A DNA stretch of 62,000 nucleotides, taken from contig MU058153.1 in the NCBI GenBank assembly GCA_013265495.1, positions 310,001-372,000 of the forward strand, given 5' to 3'. A program made the translations under genes and the position numbers. Every line of letters begins with the position of its first letter. Positions within the stretch are counted from its first letter, which is position 1. This stretch comes from Vicugna vicugna (Eukaryota). Below, piece by piece: positions 38,261-51,835 of the stretch. Under the pieces are notes generated by a model. It worked only from the letters and a program-made list of their open reading frames with translations. It did not search any database and was not told the origin of the DNA.

Positions 38261-39499
38261 TTATATAATCTTTATGAAAACATAATAGTCCAGATTCATT
38301 GCAAATGTCACCATCATTCCATACACAGCCCCGATAACTAGTATTTGAAAAGGTGTCGTAACTGAAGATTACTATTTTATTTATCCCTTAATTTATTGTT
38401 TATTTTTGCTGACAGTGTTGAGTATCTAGGCCTGTCTGGTGGATACAGAGAAAGGATCATACTAGATAGGGTATTAATTCCCTTGAAATTCTCTTTCTGT
38501 TATAACTTGCTGATCCTCTCAGCATGAAATTGATTAAGAAATTCACATCACTTAATTCCTTTCATAGTCACCTAGTGTGAAACTAGCAAGGAAGAACTTT
38601 TTTTAAAAATGGGTGATGAGCCAAGTGAGGCATGCAGGGGGCGGATAGAGTTGGCTATTCAAGTGCAAGTTTCTTCCCTCTTATGAAATGTTCCAGATAA
38701 GCAGTATTCCCTGCTGAGCTTCACAGATCAGAATTCTGAAAGTCTGGTGTATTGGTAGAGACAGAAAGTAAAAGGGATAAGAGGTGAGAACAGGAAACAA
38801 TGGTTGTGGAAAATGGAAGAGCGAACAAAACTAAAGGAAGTCACCTTGGCGGTTTCTGGAATGAATCAATGGAAAGGGGGTAAAAAGTGCATATGAAGGG
38901 AGACTATCTGTTAAAAAGATGTCCTTTAAAATGTTTCTGCTGGAAAACAAAGGAGAAAAGATGAATGCACTTATCTCTGATAGAAACTTCATACCTCTAA
39001 AGATAGTTTCCAAGAATTAGAATAAGATGTGAGGTTTTGGAGATGGACAGACTTGGAATTGAATCTCTTCCAGATTATTAGTGCGACATTTGGCTAGTTA
39101 CTTAACTTCTCTGAATCAATATCTCCTCCTCAACTGCTGCAAGGTATGTTATGTCTTTACTTATTGGCAATTTAGGGTTTAACTTCCCTGCACTCACTAT
39201 GTTATGCCTTTAATCATTGTATTAGATGTGTTTGGAACTTCATGTCCCTTTGTCTGTTCTGGTTGACTGAGCTCATTGAGGGCCATGGTGATGTCTCTGA
39301 TCTCTGCTCAATGTCATTGCCATTCCATTCTTGCTAGAAGCGAGTTAAATGGTGGACAGCTAATGAATTTTTTTGATTGTTTGCTTAGTGTGTGTAGAAG
39401 AGGCAATACTTAGACCTTGACAAGAGGGAACCAAGCCTTGCATCCTGCTCTTTAAAGGATCTGCTCTGACTCTCCTCTAGTCATACCTTTTCCCATTAA

Positions 39500-39964
39500 G
39501 CAGTAATCTCCTGGAGCCCCAAAAGTGCCCACACTTAGATCATGCCCTCTTCTAGACCATACTGTGGATATCATAACTTAAGACTTCTCTGCCTTCCTTG
39601 AACCTGACATAGCTTCCAAGGCTGGCTCTGTCCTCAGGGGTGGAATTTGCAGGTAATACCTTGATGTCTAGGGACTGGATGTCTGAGGTACTCCCCAGAT
39701 AAGGTGGCACACCCAGATGGCATAGAGCAAGGCCAAAAAAAAAATAAAATTGCTAGGCCCAGGCCAGACCTCCCCATGCAGCCAGGTTCTGGCACAGAAC
39801 TCTGAGGAGTCTGAGAATTCTGAATTCAAACTTGATCTTCCAGGTCATTGTCAAGGTCAGAGTTAGAACTTTTTTTTTTTCCAACAGTAAGCTTGATTTA
39901 TATCCTTAAATATTTGGACATATGGCAAACATTTGTACTCTTGCCAATGTTAGGGGTGTGCCTG
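39500..39964 (+). mobile_element. hAT-Tip100 element (MER115-like)
   Basis: gaactctgaggagtctgagaattctgaattcaaac..cttccaggtc..agcttgatttata..aaatatttggacatatgg..atttgtactcttgcc..aatgttagggg..cctg; strand is relative to the inverted copy at 47.1-47.7 kb. Confidence 0.65.
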
Positions 39965-42900
39965 GAGAAATCCATCCCTGCTGTCCTCCTTTTAGTGACG
40001 AAAGTAAGAAGCTTCATTCCACAGTATGAACGTTGATTTCCAAATCTCTCTGATACTCCTTTTGGAGGACATCATCTCATTCCAAGGAAGTCCTTCTTCA
40101 CCTGTGTTTGGCTCAGATGTATTTACTTTGGGCCTTTCTTTTAGATTGGCTTTTTACATTTGCCAAGAAAAACCTGACAACACTTTGAAAGATAGTGAAA
40201 TGCCATGGTCTCATCCTGTCAAAATTTTGTAACCAGCAGGGTGACACTGAACAAAGTATCAAAGAGGGAAAGAAGCTATGTTAAACCCAGAGATCTCTGT
40301 GTCTCCACATCATCTTTCTGTGAATGTTCAAGAAGAAGAGATTCAGGATTCTGAGTCTTCTAGTGAAAGTCCACAGGTTGGAGAAGAAATTAGCCTAGAG
40401 AAAAGAATCCTTCATTGAGAGGCTGGAACCGTAGACTGAGAATACTTTTGGTGCAGTTGGGAGGCTGGTGCTAAGGTAGGGAGGGCTTGAGTAGAGGAAG
40501 ATAATTTGTTTTCATGTTCTTTAAATTATACCTGGTCTGGCACATTAGAAAGAGAGAAAACACTCCTCTGGGAATTTAAGCCTGTGTCAGGTCAAGGTCC
40601 AATGCCAAGGACTTGCACTGGGAATAGAACTTGGTCTGAATGTTGCTCAGCAAGGAGGTCTTCCCTTGGACGACTAGGCGAATGAGAAAATGTGCATTCT
40701 GTGTGTTAGCTCTTTCGAATGCCCTTGTTACTTAGAGTCGGTGGACCCGTGACTCCAATGACATGGGCAAATCTTTGTACCTCTCTTAGTCTTAGCTTTT
40801 CTACCTCAGGGTTGCTGTGAGAACTGCTCTCAGATAGTACATGGAAGTGGCCTTTATAACCTGAACAGGTTTATTAGTTGGTGGCCATGCAAATAACAGA
40901 ATTGGTTATTTGTTAAAAGTTACTGTTAAGAGCGGTCAGTTTATGAGTTTCAACTTCTAGATTGGTGATTGTCTATGCACTGGTGAGTATTACTCTAGGG
41001 TTTAAATTGTCATTGGTGCAGGTTTGTTGCTATGCTTTTATCGTTAAATTCATACTAAGAAAATGAGACATCCTTGATGTTCTTTAACAAAATTCATTTC
41101 CTAGTTCTATACTTGGATTTCTAAAACATTTTAAAACAAATATGAAGAAGGTGAGTACAACCATTATGTATCTTCACTCCTCCCAAATTATTTAGGTATC
41201 ATACTTCGGGGTGGGAGGAAGAGTTTTTATTTTTGCTGACTAAACGTAAGAGCAGAGCATGGTCAACAGCTGAGGCAGCAGCTGCACTATGGTGTCAAAG
41301 GTTTGATCCTCAAGTCAGAAGGCCAGTAATTCAACCACGGTTCTGGCGTTTGGTAATTGTGGGTCTCCTGAGAAAGCACTAACATTTCTGACCACACATT
41401 TCCTTCCTTCAAAAACAGGGATAATGATTCTGCCATATTAATCTACCAGTTGGCTTTGAGAAGTATATAAAATGACCATTCCTGTGCTCTTAAGTCAGGC
41501 TATCGGGAGAACCAAATTGAATTAAAGGGGAAAAAAAAGTAGACTAGTTGTAAGCATATTATTACTTAGTAAACATTTGCTAGTTTGCTTGAAGTGTTGT
41601 AAATGAAGGAATTTCTGTGGAACATAATCTGCAGAGCAGTGTGAAGATATTTCCACAGGTATATGGAACCAGTGGAGATTCAAGAGTATGAGAAAATAGA
41701 AAGTGATTCTTCTGATTCAAGCGGTTCCTTTCCACACTACACACTGTTACCAGAATCATCTTCTGTAACACGATGGTGAACATGTCACCCTATCACTGAA
41801 AACCTTTGAAATTTTCGCACTGATAATCAAGTAAATCAAGATTTAGGGGCCTTCAATAGAAGAGGTCAAATTCCTTTTCTGGCTTGGGGGAAATAAAAAA
41901 TATCTGGTAATGAATCCAGATTTTCTTTTCAGGGTGGTGAAATATTCAAAACTGATTGCAGTAATGGCTGAACAACTCTGTAAATATGGTAAAAAAAAAA
42001 AAAAAGTAAAGTGTACACTCTAGATGAGCAAATTCTACATTACCGAATTCTATCTTGTCAATTGTTACTTTAAAAACTCTCCCTTTTCTGATATTTTTTT
42101 CTTCAAACTTCTGTGTTTCTCAAGTCTCCTCCCAGCATATGAAGTCCACTATAAGCGTAGAGAACGTCTTATTCCCTGAAGGTGCCCTTCCCCATGCCCT
42201 CATTTGTGGTGTTTACTCTCCTTCCATTGTAACACCTCTGTCTCTTGAATTCCTATGTCTCTCAAGGCCAGCCTTAAATGCTCCTTCTTAAAAGCACTTC
42301 CTTTACTGCCACTTGTATTAAATTAATTTCTTCTTCCTTCAGATAATCATAATACATTTCCCCCCAAGCTTCTTATTTTAAAATTAAGTCTGCTTTCAAT
42401 TTGTCTTTCATTTTAAAATAAAAGTGAAGTTAACCTTAGAAGAAATTCACAGCGTATCTGTGCTCTGACTCTCTTGATCTTGTCAGAACAAGAAAACATG
42501 GTATTTTATTTGCTTATGTTTCCCCCAGTATGCATCTAGACCTCTGCTTTTCATGTAACATTCATACAATAGATGCTTATTAAGTTAAATTTCATTGTTG
42601 TAATACAGAGAAGTTATCTGAGGAAATATTGTGTTATACTCACTACTATATTGGCCTGGAAGACATGGATCAGATGCTAAACATGTTGAATACTCTCTCA
42701 TAAAGCTTCATTTATGGTCATTAATGCCAAAGGATGACAATCTTACCAAATACTGAAGAATGAAGTTTTAAAACCACATGCTAACATTCAGACTTATCAA
42801 GCTTTACTGTTAAACCCCACATTCCTTGTTCTTTCCTGCTGTCTCCAATTAGAGCATTTCTGTTATCCTGTAGGATTTCTGACACATTATCTGGGGCAGA

Positions 42901-43379
42901 TTTTGAATAGTATTCTATATTCATTTAAAAGTAAATTCATCCTAGGAAGAGAAATAAGAGGGCACATCTTATAATTATTCTTATAGTAGATTTATTATTC
43001 CAAAGCATTTATATAAATGGGCTTAAACTATTGATTTTGTATCTTATTGAAATTCAAAAAATGAAGAATTATTATTTTTCAATTTTCTCTTTTATCACCT
43101 TATTTAGCATTATTACTTTCTCACAAATTAAAAGTCCATTACATTTTGTATTTCTATGCAGTGTTCTCTTCCTGTGTTAACAGATTGCTGTCAATGCAAA
43201 GATGGAATCTTCACCATTTTGGCTACTGATGTACTTTGTAGAGGCCCTCCTGGGTTGCAGGGAATTGGCTGCCAACAAAATGTTGGAAAAGAGAGGGAAA
43301 GGCACTCTGAGGGAAATAGACTTTCTCTAGGAAGTGTGTATTGTGACTTGACACTTGGTTAGTCGTTTTTATGTATGTG

Positions 43380-43560
43380 TAAATTGAACCAATAGTCACA
43401 GTATTCCTATGTCATGTAAAATGGGTATTATTATTATAAATTTAAAGAAAAGAAAATAAGCTTATAGAAGTAAGATGACTTTCTTGGAGTAACACGGCTA
43501 ATAAGTATCAGAAGGGGTTAAAAGCCCCAGATATATCTGTTTCCAAACATTATGTCTTCC
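43380..43560 (-). mobile_element. MIR SINE
   Basis: ggtattattattat..tttaaagaaaagaaaataagcttatagaagtaagatgactt..cacggctaataagt. Confidence 0.6.
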
Positions 43561-44611
43561 TAACTTACACAAACCTTCGCTTCTCTGCTGATACACCTTT
43601 CCCAATCTCCAAATCTGATTTAGGTTAAACTCTTTCCAGGTATTTATCACTTACACTGCTACAAGCAAATCTAGATTCTTTTTTTTTCAGGTATCTGTTA
43701 TATAGTTATTACTACTTTTTGCTAGTTTTCACAGGGTCATTTTGTCAACTTTCTACTTGAGTTAATAAACATAAACTTTGTACCTATACATCAAATTTGT
43801 ACTTCAGTTACTGTGAATGCTCAAGAATGTTAATGAAAAGCAAAAAAAAAAAATTATATATATATATATATATTTTTTGTGTGTGTGGAAAATTCCAGGA
43901 TAATTAAAGTATATTGTTACTTATATGCAGTAGCTGCAGGCAAATGTGATATTTGCTGAAATAAAGTCATATTTCTGGGAGGTCACTTCATAGAGTATGC
44001 TTTATATTCTCTTTATATATATGTCATATCAGTTGTACTTCTGCTAAGTGTTAGAGTGTAGAGATTATTTTTAAAAAACAAAACAAATAAATGTAGATTT
44101 TGAAATATGGCCATAAATTCTGACATATGAATATCAGTTAATTAATGCTGCTTCTTATGTAAGTGAAAGACAGGAAAAATATATGCAATGAATATATGAA
44201 GTAATACTTTATTCACCTGTTTTGTGAGTACACCCTGCCCACACATGCTGTCCTGTACCACGTTAAGAACTATAGATGAGTTGAAGTTCCAGCTGCTGTG
44301 ACAGCTTCATAATTCATCTTTATGACTCCAAATAGTAACTTTATTAATTCATGTTCCACATGATTTCCAGTGTTTTTTGAAATCCTAGGTCTGACAATGT
44401 TTCTCTCATGTTAAAACCTTTTACTGGCTTCCCACTGAATGTATAATACAAACTCTTTCCCTTGGCCCACAACGACCTTTATAATCTAACTCCTTCTATC
44501 CCTTCAAATTTGTGTCATTTCTCTCCTCATCTTGCTCAGTTCTCCATTTTACTTGATAAATTAGTAACTTGTCACCAGAATCTCTCTTGCTTCTGAGCTA
44601 TTTTCCCTTAG

Positions 44612-45078
44612 TGTGGGTGTCAGAGAATGCTAGTTTTCCAATATTGATTACATTCTTCTTATTGGACACACAGCTGCCCAGCTAGATTTATTTTCTGCTA
44701 TCTTTGCAATTAGATAAAGTCACATGGCCTAGATTTAGCCAATGAAAAGTAAGAAGAAGTGATGCGTGTTGCTTCCAGGATATAGTCTGAAGGTATGCCT
44801 CTTTCATATTCTCTTCGCATTTTCCACTGTCTGGAACCCAGATACAGTATGACTAGCTTTGACAAAGATATCAGACAATTATTATGCCTTAGAAGGTTAA
44901 AAGGCAAAGACTTGAAAAGAACTCAAGTCCGTAACTGAGAGTGAGAAAAAGAGCCATGTGGCTGACTCAGGCATTCCCATTTGAGCTTTCTACAAGAAAG
45001 AAATATACATCTTTGTGTTTTAAGTTATTGTATTGTTAGACCTTTTTGTTACAGCATCTCAGACTTTGCTTAATGAAC
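44612..45078 (+). mobile_element. MaLR LTR (MLT1J-like) within L2
   Basis: tctttgcaattagata..gtcacatgg..tagccaatgaaaagtaagaagaagtgatgcgtgttgcttccagg..ttttgttacagca. Confidence 0.65.
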
Positions 45079-45358
45079 GATCTTCCTTCTCCTTGCTTGT
45101 TGCTTTGCTTAGGCTATTCTTACCTATTTTTCACATCGAAGTTTAGATACTTGCTTGGCCCACCTCCTACCATGTATGTTCTTCCAGTGGTATCTGGTTC
45201 TCAAAACTCTTACCTAATTTTTATTGGTCATGTGCTATATGTCAGGCACAATTTAAGCATATATATGTTATCTTATTTAATATAATACTCTTATTAAATA
45301 GGTATTAACACAATCTCCATTTTATAGGTGAAGAAAGAAGATTTACAGAGAAGTTAAT

Positions 45359-45902
45359 TATGGCTATATTTTCCAAAAGTTAGCTGCAACAATGTTTTTT
45401 ATCTTATGTCCTCTCTTATAATGTGATGTTAACCCTCTCCCATTGAGAGATGGAGTCTATGTTTCCTCTATCTGAATCTGGGTGGTTTGTGACTACAGAA
45501 GAGACACTCTCTGATTTCTTAAGCCAGATTGGGAGCTGTGTTGATGACTCTCAAATGGTTCTCTTGAGACACTCACTTTTCAACCTCTCAGCAGTCAGAT
45601 GAAAAATCTGAGGATGTCATGCTGTGAGAAAGCCTAGGTTAAAAGAACTGGTCATGATGTTCTGGCCAACAGCCAGAGCCAGTCTAGCTGGCATCTATTG
45701 CTAGACATGTGAATGAAGAGGCCTCTTGATTTCAGCCCTGAGCCATCCTCACCTTGAGCTTGCAGGATTTCTTCGATAAGACTCCAAGCACACGGATTAG
45801 AGAGAAGTCAACATTATGCTCTTTCTAAATCCATGACCTCAGAATCTGTGAGTATAATAAAATGATTGTTTTAGACTGCTGACTTTTGGTGTAACTGAAA
45901 CA
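45359..45902 (+). mobile_element. MaLR LTR (MLT1E/F/G-like) inserted in a MIR (45210-45980)
   Basis: gatggagtctatgtttcct..tgaatctggg..catgctgtgagaaagcc..cagaatctgtgagtataataaaatgattgtttt..gtaactgaaaca; MIR resumes ttgcccaaagt at 45903. Confidence 0.75.
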
Positions 45903-46112
45903 TTGCCCAAAGTAAAAGATCTAGTAAGTAGAAGATCTAAGTTTCAAATAGTCTGATTCCAGAGCCCTTAGACACTACACCCCTTGTGCTTAGTTTCTTA
46001 CGTGGAAGCTTCTTGTTTGTTTGTTTGTTTGCATCCCCAGCCAGTTTACAAACTACATTACAGTGGGGATATTTTTCTTATTCATCCAAAAGAGCAAGTA
46101 TTTTTTTTAGCA

Positions 46113-46230
46113 GGGAGGATATAGCTCAAGTGTTAGAGCACATGCTTAGCATGCATGAGCTCCTGGGTTCAATCCCCAGTACCTCCTATAAGAATAAATA
46201 AATAAATAAACCAAATTACCTCCCCCCACC
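46113..46230 (+). mobile_element. tRNA-Ala-derived camelid SINE (Vic-1 type)
   Basis: gggaggatatagctcaagtgttagagcacatgcttagcatgcatgagctcctgggttcaatccccagtacctcc (A/B boxes), (AAAT)n tail; 18-bp TSD aaaagaRcaagtattttt at 46088-46105 and 46231-46248. Confidence 0.92.
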
Positions 46231-46644
46231 AAAAGAACAAGTATTTTTACCTGTTGTGTTCACTTCTGTACCCCATCATCCAGAACAGTGGCTGATACAA
46301 GGTAGGCACTCAATAAATGTTTGTTTGATGAATGAATATGTAATACTGTTTATAATTGGAAGTACCGATAGCACTGACTTATGCTATCTTGTAGAATCTT
46401 GTAGAATTCCATAAGCATCTAGTATAAGATAATGTTTGTTAAGCATCTACCTGTTACTTGATACTATGCTAAATGATTTAAAAGTGTTCTTATTTAATCC
46501 TTACATTCTGTTAATGGAGGTGTTATTAAGAGATTCATTTTACAGATGAAGTGAAGACTTCAAATTAATAAACAATTTACTCAAGGGCCCATAATTATTA
46601 AAAAAAAAAAGTTTGGATCTGAACTTTATTTGATCCCAGCCTAA

Positions 46645-47075
46645 GCTGGATAGTCTTCATTTGCCTTTTCCTTCTCTCTGCTCTTCTCCATCCTGCACTC
46701 TAAGTTGGGAGGCTGTACTCATTGGATTCTATCACCTAGCTTCTTTTTCCATCTGGCTTTTGATTGGAGTTAGCTAGTAGAAGGTACCACCAGGAGATGA
46801 GAGCGAGAAGAGAGAGGTTCCTGATACTCATTTACTCATCACTGTCTGCCAGGCTGTGGGCTGTCAGTGCCTGAATTCTTCTTATTAAAGGCTACAACTT
46901 CTGGGGAAAGCCTTCTCCTGAGCTGATTTCTCTCCAGGTTCCTTTAACAACCCCCCGCCCTTCCCTTAGGCTTAGGAATGGTCGTAGATTCCTGCTGTTG
47001 CTGGCAACGGATTTCTCTTAATCCTTCTAACACCTTTGTAAATTTTCCTTCATTAAACTCTCTTTACTCATCTCT
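46645..47075. mobile_element. ERVL LTR (LTR40/41-like)
   Basis: tggcttttgattggagttagctagtagaaggtaccaccaggagat..cacctttgtaaattttccttcattaaactctc; similar to the element at 28.6-29.0 kb. Confidence 0.5.
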
Positions 47076-47084
47076 TTTGAGGAA

Positions 47085-47700
47085 GTATGTTAAGGATCTG
47101 GTAGGGCAGGGGAACATTGAGGCATACATATCATATTTCAAAATATTTAGGAGATGTAAATCATTCTACCAGACTGTTTAAAGAATGTTCCATTCTCCCA
47201 CCTTGACAAATGTAACATTACAAATGACCTGGAAGACCAGGTTTGTATAGAAGATTATTGGACTCCTTTAATTCCAAGCTGGGGTGTGAAGACACCTTGG
47301 TTTGCCCCTCTCTTCTCTGTTATATAAACACCATCCAGCATCTTGACAGGCCTCGTGTGTATACGTGGACACCGTAGCTCATATATTCAAGCTCCATCTG
47401 CAGACACATAGCCATCCCTTGGACATCCTTTGAGCTTATGGGTTTGCATCCTGGTGGTGTATTTTACCTTAGGCAAGTTGAATCTTTTGAGGAGATCCTC
47501 ACAGAACTTCCAAGTGGGTAGGAAATTCCAGGGGTACCAGGTACCTGAAACATGGTCTAGAAGAAGTATGGCCCCTGGAAGACATAACTCCTTAGGTCAT
47601 AGATTTTTTTTTTCCCCATGGGGTGGATGTGGCTGGATGAGGAGTAGAGCAAGGTGCTCTAAAACATGGGGCCTCTCTTTAGTATTCTAGGGCAGAATAG
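47085..47700 (-). mobile_element. hAT-Tip100 element (MER115-like), inverted relative to the 39.5-kb copy
   Basis: ccttgacaaa..atgacctggaagaccaggtttg..ggactcc is the reverse complement of the 39800-39860 motif. Confidence 0.6.
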
Positions 47701-49558
47701 GCCATCTTTTTCCCTTCAGGACCATGGCAAACATATCATATCTTACATAATAGGTTTCATAGTACAAGGATGCAATGAATATTTATTGGTGAAGTCAGTG
47801 GTTGATATAATATCCAGATCTTTTGGGCAGAAATCTTAGTTTACTTCAAGATTTAAAAATTGGTAGAGACACAGAATTTTTCTTTTTATCTTCTTTGAGT
47901 TTGAAAGTTTAGTTAATAGTTATCACCATAAATGTCTTGGATAATGTACCACTTGCTGCTAAAGTAATTTTGTGCCAGACAGAGAATTCCAATTTATTTC
48001 CAAATGAGTAGGCCTCCCTGAGATAGAAAATTTCTGTCAGAAACTTTACCAGAACTTTAGGTGACAAAGAAAGAACACCTACTTAACTGGCTGGTACATT
48101 TTCTCTGGTTTTACAGAAACCCTGACAAAAGCAAAATAAGGTTTAGAAGACATCTACATTGCTATTCCTAAGATATGGAGTTCTGAGATTTGAAATACTG
48201 TGTTTTAGAGTCTTTATTAGTAATTCGGAGTATTGGCTGATAAAGCCTCCCCTGTCTAAAGAGTTTTGTCTATGTATCCACTTACATTTTCCATCTCCTC
48301 CCAGTGGAAACGAGACTACCAGCATTTATTCTTGGCTTATCAATCACTACCTTTGACAAGCTGGGAGACACGGCCACTTTCAGATGGAGAGTGTCCACCT
48401 GCATAATCACTGTAACTCACGGTAGCTGGGCAGGGAAATACTAAGCTAAGTTGATCAAAGTGGTAGATAGCTACTCTGAGCTTGCTTTATGGTTGGGGTG
48501 CTCTCACTTAAAATGGCCACGATAAGAGTGGAAAGAGGATGGACAACCAGCAGTTACCTTGATTGAACACTGCCCAATGTTCAGGTTACCACATTCTGGG
48601 CAAGTAAGAAGTTAAATGGAAAAGCTCTGTCTTATTTTTTTTTTTTATTTTTAAAAATTGATTATTAAGTCCTTTGTCCTGCAAAGAGATCAGTTTAGCT
48701 CCAAAATCTCAAAATGACAGAATCACTAAGCTAGGGAAGTGGTAGAGTTCAGTGCTACTCAAAGTGTTTTCCAATGACTGGCACCAGTCAGTGAATTGTA
48801 GACCACTGGCCCACAGTGACATAAGCATATTTTCTGTTTCACAGAAGATTGAGAAAAATCAACTTGTCTTTTACCATAGAGGATTTGAGGACTACTCTAG
48901 ATTATACACACCTGATTTATTTAATCATTTGTTCTTCAAATTAAAAAAAAACACTTTGAATATTCATGACATGTCAGTCATTTTACCAGAGACTAATGAT
49001 AGATTGGTGAACAAAGTCAGCCATGATCCCTTGCCCTCAATAGAGCTCAGAGTCTAACTGAAGGAATAGATATTAATCACATATTTTTACTTAGGTATAA
49101 AGTTGTAATTCTAGAAAGGAGACATGCTGGGTAAGGATTTCCTAAAAAAGGAATCTGAAGATATGTATGAAAAAACTAGATAAAAGAAGGAAAGAAAAAG
49201 TATTCTAGGCAGAAGAAACAGTATACAAAAAACTCTGGGGCAAGAAGGAACATGACAGGCAAGAAGAAACATGACAGACAAGAAGAAGAGAAAATACAAT
49301 TATTTGATTTAAACATAGAACTGAGAGGTAGTAGGGCATGGTACAGGAGTTATGCTTGGCCAGACTAAGAAGTTCCTTGTGGGTCATGTTAGAGGACTTT
49401 TGTTTTTATTCTAAGACTAGTAGAATAGCAGAATAGCATGGAAGGATTTTAAGAGAAATTAGTTTATCTGATTGAACTTTGGAAAGTGGACTCTAGTTAC
49501 TGAGTGGAAAATGGACCCTTGGGAAACCTGAGAGAATCAAAGAAACCAGTTTAGATTC

Positions 49559-50029
49559 TGTCATGCATTGAAGTGTGTCCCACCATAATATGCTGAAGTC
49601 CTAAAATCCAGAATATGTACCTCAGAATGTGATTCTACTTAGATGTAGGGCTTCACAAAGGTAATTAAATTAATATGAGGTCATCAGGGTGGGCTCTAAT
49701 CCAATATGACTGACATCCTTATAAGAGGGAATTTTAGACACAGAAACAGACATGTACAGAGGAAAGATAATGTGAAGACCCAAGGAGGAGACAGCCATGT
49801 GCCTGGAGTAATGCATCTACAAGCCAAGGAAGGCCAAGGATCACCAGCAAATACGAGAAGCTAGAAGAGCAAGGGAGGATTTTCTCCTAGAGCTGTGAGA
49901 GAGAACATGGCCCTGCCAACACCTTGATACCAGGCTTCTAGACTCCAGAGTGATGAGACAATACATTTATGTGTTTTAAGCTGCCCAGTGTTTGGTACTT
50001 TGTTACAGCAGTGCTAGAAAACCAGTACA
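49559..50029 (+). mobile_element. MaLR solo LTR (MLT1B/C-like) nested in L2
   Basis: atgaggtcatcagggtgggctctaatccaatatgactgacatccttataagagg..gcatctacaagccaagga..tggccctgccaacaccttg..ttgttacagcag. Confidence 0.88.
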
Positions 50030-50115
50030 GGTGCTATGCAGAAGAACAGATAAAAGATGAAGGTAGCTCACACTAGGATGGAAATGCAGAGAGAAATAGT
50101 TCCTCACTCCCAGAG

Positions 50116-50254
50116 TACATTTGTTGTTTAGTGTTCATAGGGAATTGGTTCCAGGACCCCTGCAGATGCCAAGATCTGCAGATACTCAACTCCCTTATAT
50201 AAAATAGTCTACTACAGATGGCCCTTGTATCCTGTGGATAGGGAGGGCAGACTA
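50116..50254. mobile_element. Tigger-derived MITE (MER2/MER8-like)
   Basis: attggttccaggacccc..gatgccaagatctgcagatactcaactcccttatataaaat..gtggata..gagggcagact. Confidence 0.7.
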
Positions 50255-50739
50255 TGCTGATAGATATTTTAAAGGTAAAATTGACAAAGATAGATGGCTG
50301 GATGTGATATGCAGGATAAGGGAAGAAGAAGGTACACGGTGATGTCGCCTAGTGTCACTAGTTTGCTCATCTGGGTGAATGGTAGTGTCATTTGCTGACA
50401 TTGGAAACATTGGAAGGATATCAGGTTTGTGGAGGAAGATCACCTATCCATGTTGAGTTGGTTGTGTCTCTATGAAATCCAAGAAGTGGTGGAATATAAG
50501 GTCTAAAGCTCAAATGAAATGTCTGGGCAAGAAATATAAACTAAAGTCATCTTCATAGAGGTAGAATAATGGAGACGGGAAATACAGAGATGGAAGGAGG
50601 AGAGAGTTTAGGACTGAGCCCTTGAGGAATACAAATCATTAACAGTTAAGAGCAAAGGTATGTGTTTATCATCTAAGCTTAATCAACTCTTAAGGAAAAA
50701 GCTTGCATATTTAACACACATATATTTCAAACTTCAACT

Positions 50740-50746
50740 ACATATA

Positions 50747-50786
<40 letters not shown>

Positions 50787-50808
50787 CATGTACATATATA
50801 TGTGTGTG
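50740..50808. repeat. Compound (TG)n(TA)n microsatellite
   Basis: Directly visible. Confidence 0.9.
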
Positions 50809-51384
50809 AATTTAGGGATAATCTGTTACTGTGGAAGTTGAAGATTAAGGGATTTTTCCTCTTGCAGGAAAGTGGGTAGAAGGGAACAAATGCCAACCAA
50901 ATGAGAAAAGCAAAGTCTGTTTTTAAGAGCTTGCTATAGCAAGAGTCCACTACTCTCCTGGGCCGATTGTTACAGAAGCTATTGTTGAGCTTCCTGAATT
51001 GTTACCAGAGACACCCACCGGCTCCCCTGAAAGCCTGACTGACAGAAGGCTCACTTCTTAGGCTGTTTATTGTCCTAAGGGATTGGTTTCCTGAGCAGAT
51101 TGCTGCAAGCCGTGGGGCAGGGTTCTATTCTTATGCATATCTGGCCATTGTCTGTTTGTATAGTCAGTCTCTTGGGTGACATTAAAGGAGCCAGGGCACC
51201 TCCTCAGGGCACTGTCTGGAGTAAAAGCCTGAACAGAAAGCTAGCTAGTGTAGACTCATGGAACACACACATATATCCAGGGGAGGAACTGGTGGAATCC
51301 CTGCGGGGGCCCAGAGAAGAGCATTTAGGAGTTCACGGAGGATTTCCTATAAAGTCGAGGGGTAGGTATATTGCACTTGATCTG

Positions 51385-51835
51385 ATCCCTAGCCACATCG
51401 TTCATTCCCTGTCTTGCTTTCCCTTAGCCAGGTCTAGTCACGAGGGCCTTCTTGCTGCTTCTACAATATGCCAAGTGTGCTCCTCCATTAGAACATGGCA
51501 GTTCTGCCTGGTAACCTCTTTCCCTAGATAGTCACAGGCTGACTCAGAACTCTGCTCAAATGCTACATGATTGGAAAGATATTCCCTACCCACACTACAT
51601 AAAATAATTTTCTCCCTCCTCATCGGTTTCTGTTCCCATTATCTTGCTCAGGTGTTCGCGTGGCACTAATTACCCCCTACCACTGTAGTATAAATATACT
51701 TATTTTCATTGCCTGTCTCCCTCACTAGGGTGCAAGCTCCACCAAGACAAGGCTTTGTTCAAGCAGTCTCTCCAGAGCCTAAAATAATGGCTGGTCCTTA
51801 GGAGGTGGGAAGCAAATAATTAATGAATGGATGAG
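51385..51835 (+). mobile_element. L2a-like 3' end
   Basis: tctagtcacgagggccttcttgctg..ttctgcctggtaacctctttcc..ctgctcaaatg..ttgcctgtctcc..cactagggtgcaagctcc..taatgaatggatga. Confidence 0.75.

Larger units (their letters stand above)
48915..50660 (-). mobile_element. L2 LINE, interrupted by MLT1 and a Tigger-derived MITE
   Basis: atttaatcatttgttc..atcccttgccctcaatagagctcagagtcta..ttctaggcagaagaaacag..gggtcatgttagaggac..ggtgaatggtagtgtcatttgctga..gactgagcccttgagga. Confidence 0.8.

Noticed and set aside
43156..43362. Possible exon (ttaacag acceptor ~43183, gttagt donor-like ~43358)
   Set aside because: Such splice-like signals occur by chance; no homology or consistent exon chain
46113..46186. 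tRNA-Ala-like sequence as a real tRNA gene (also 59925-59998)
   Set aside because: Followed by an (AAAT)n tail, with a clear TSD at the 46-kb copy, and cloverleaf pairing is degenerate: these are SINE heads
49241..49290. 19-bp unit repeated ~2.5 times, considered as a CRISPR-like or functional array
   Set aside because: Simple slippage duplication inside an L2, with no spacers, in a eukaryotic context
51100..51531. 143-aa ORF, the longest non-L1 ORF
   Set aside because: Starts at TTG, its 3' third lies in an L2 remnant, and it has no domain resemblance
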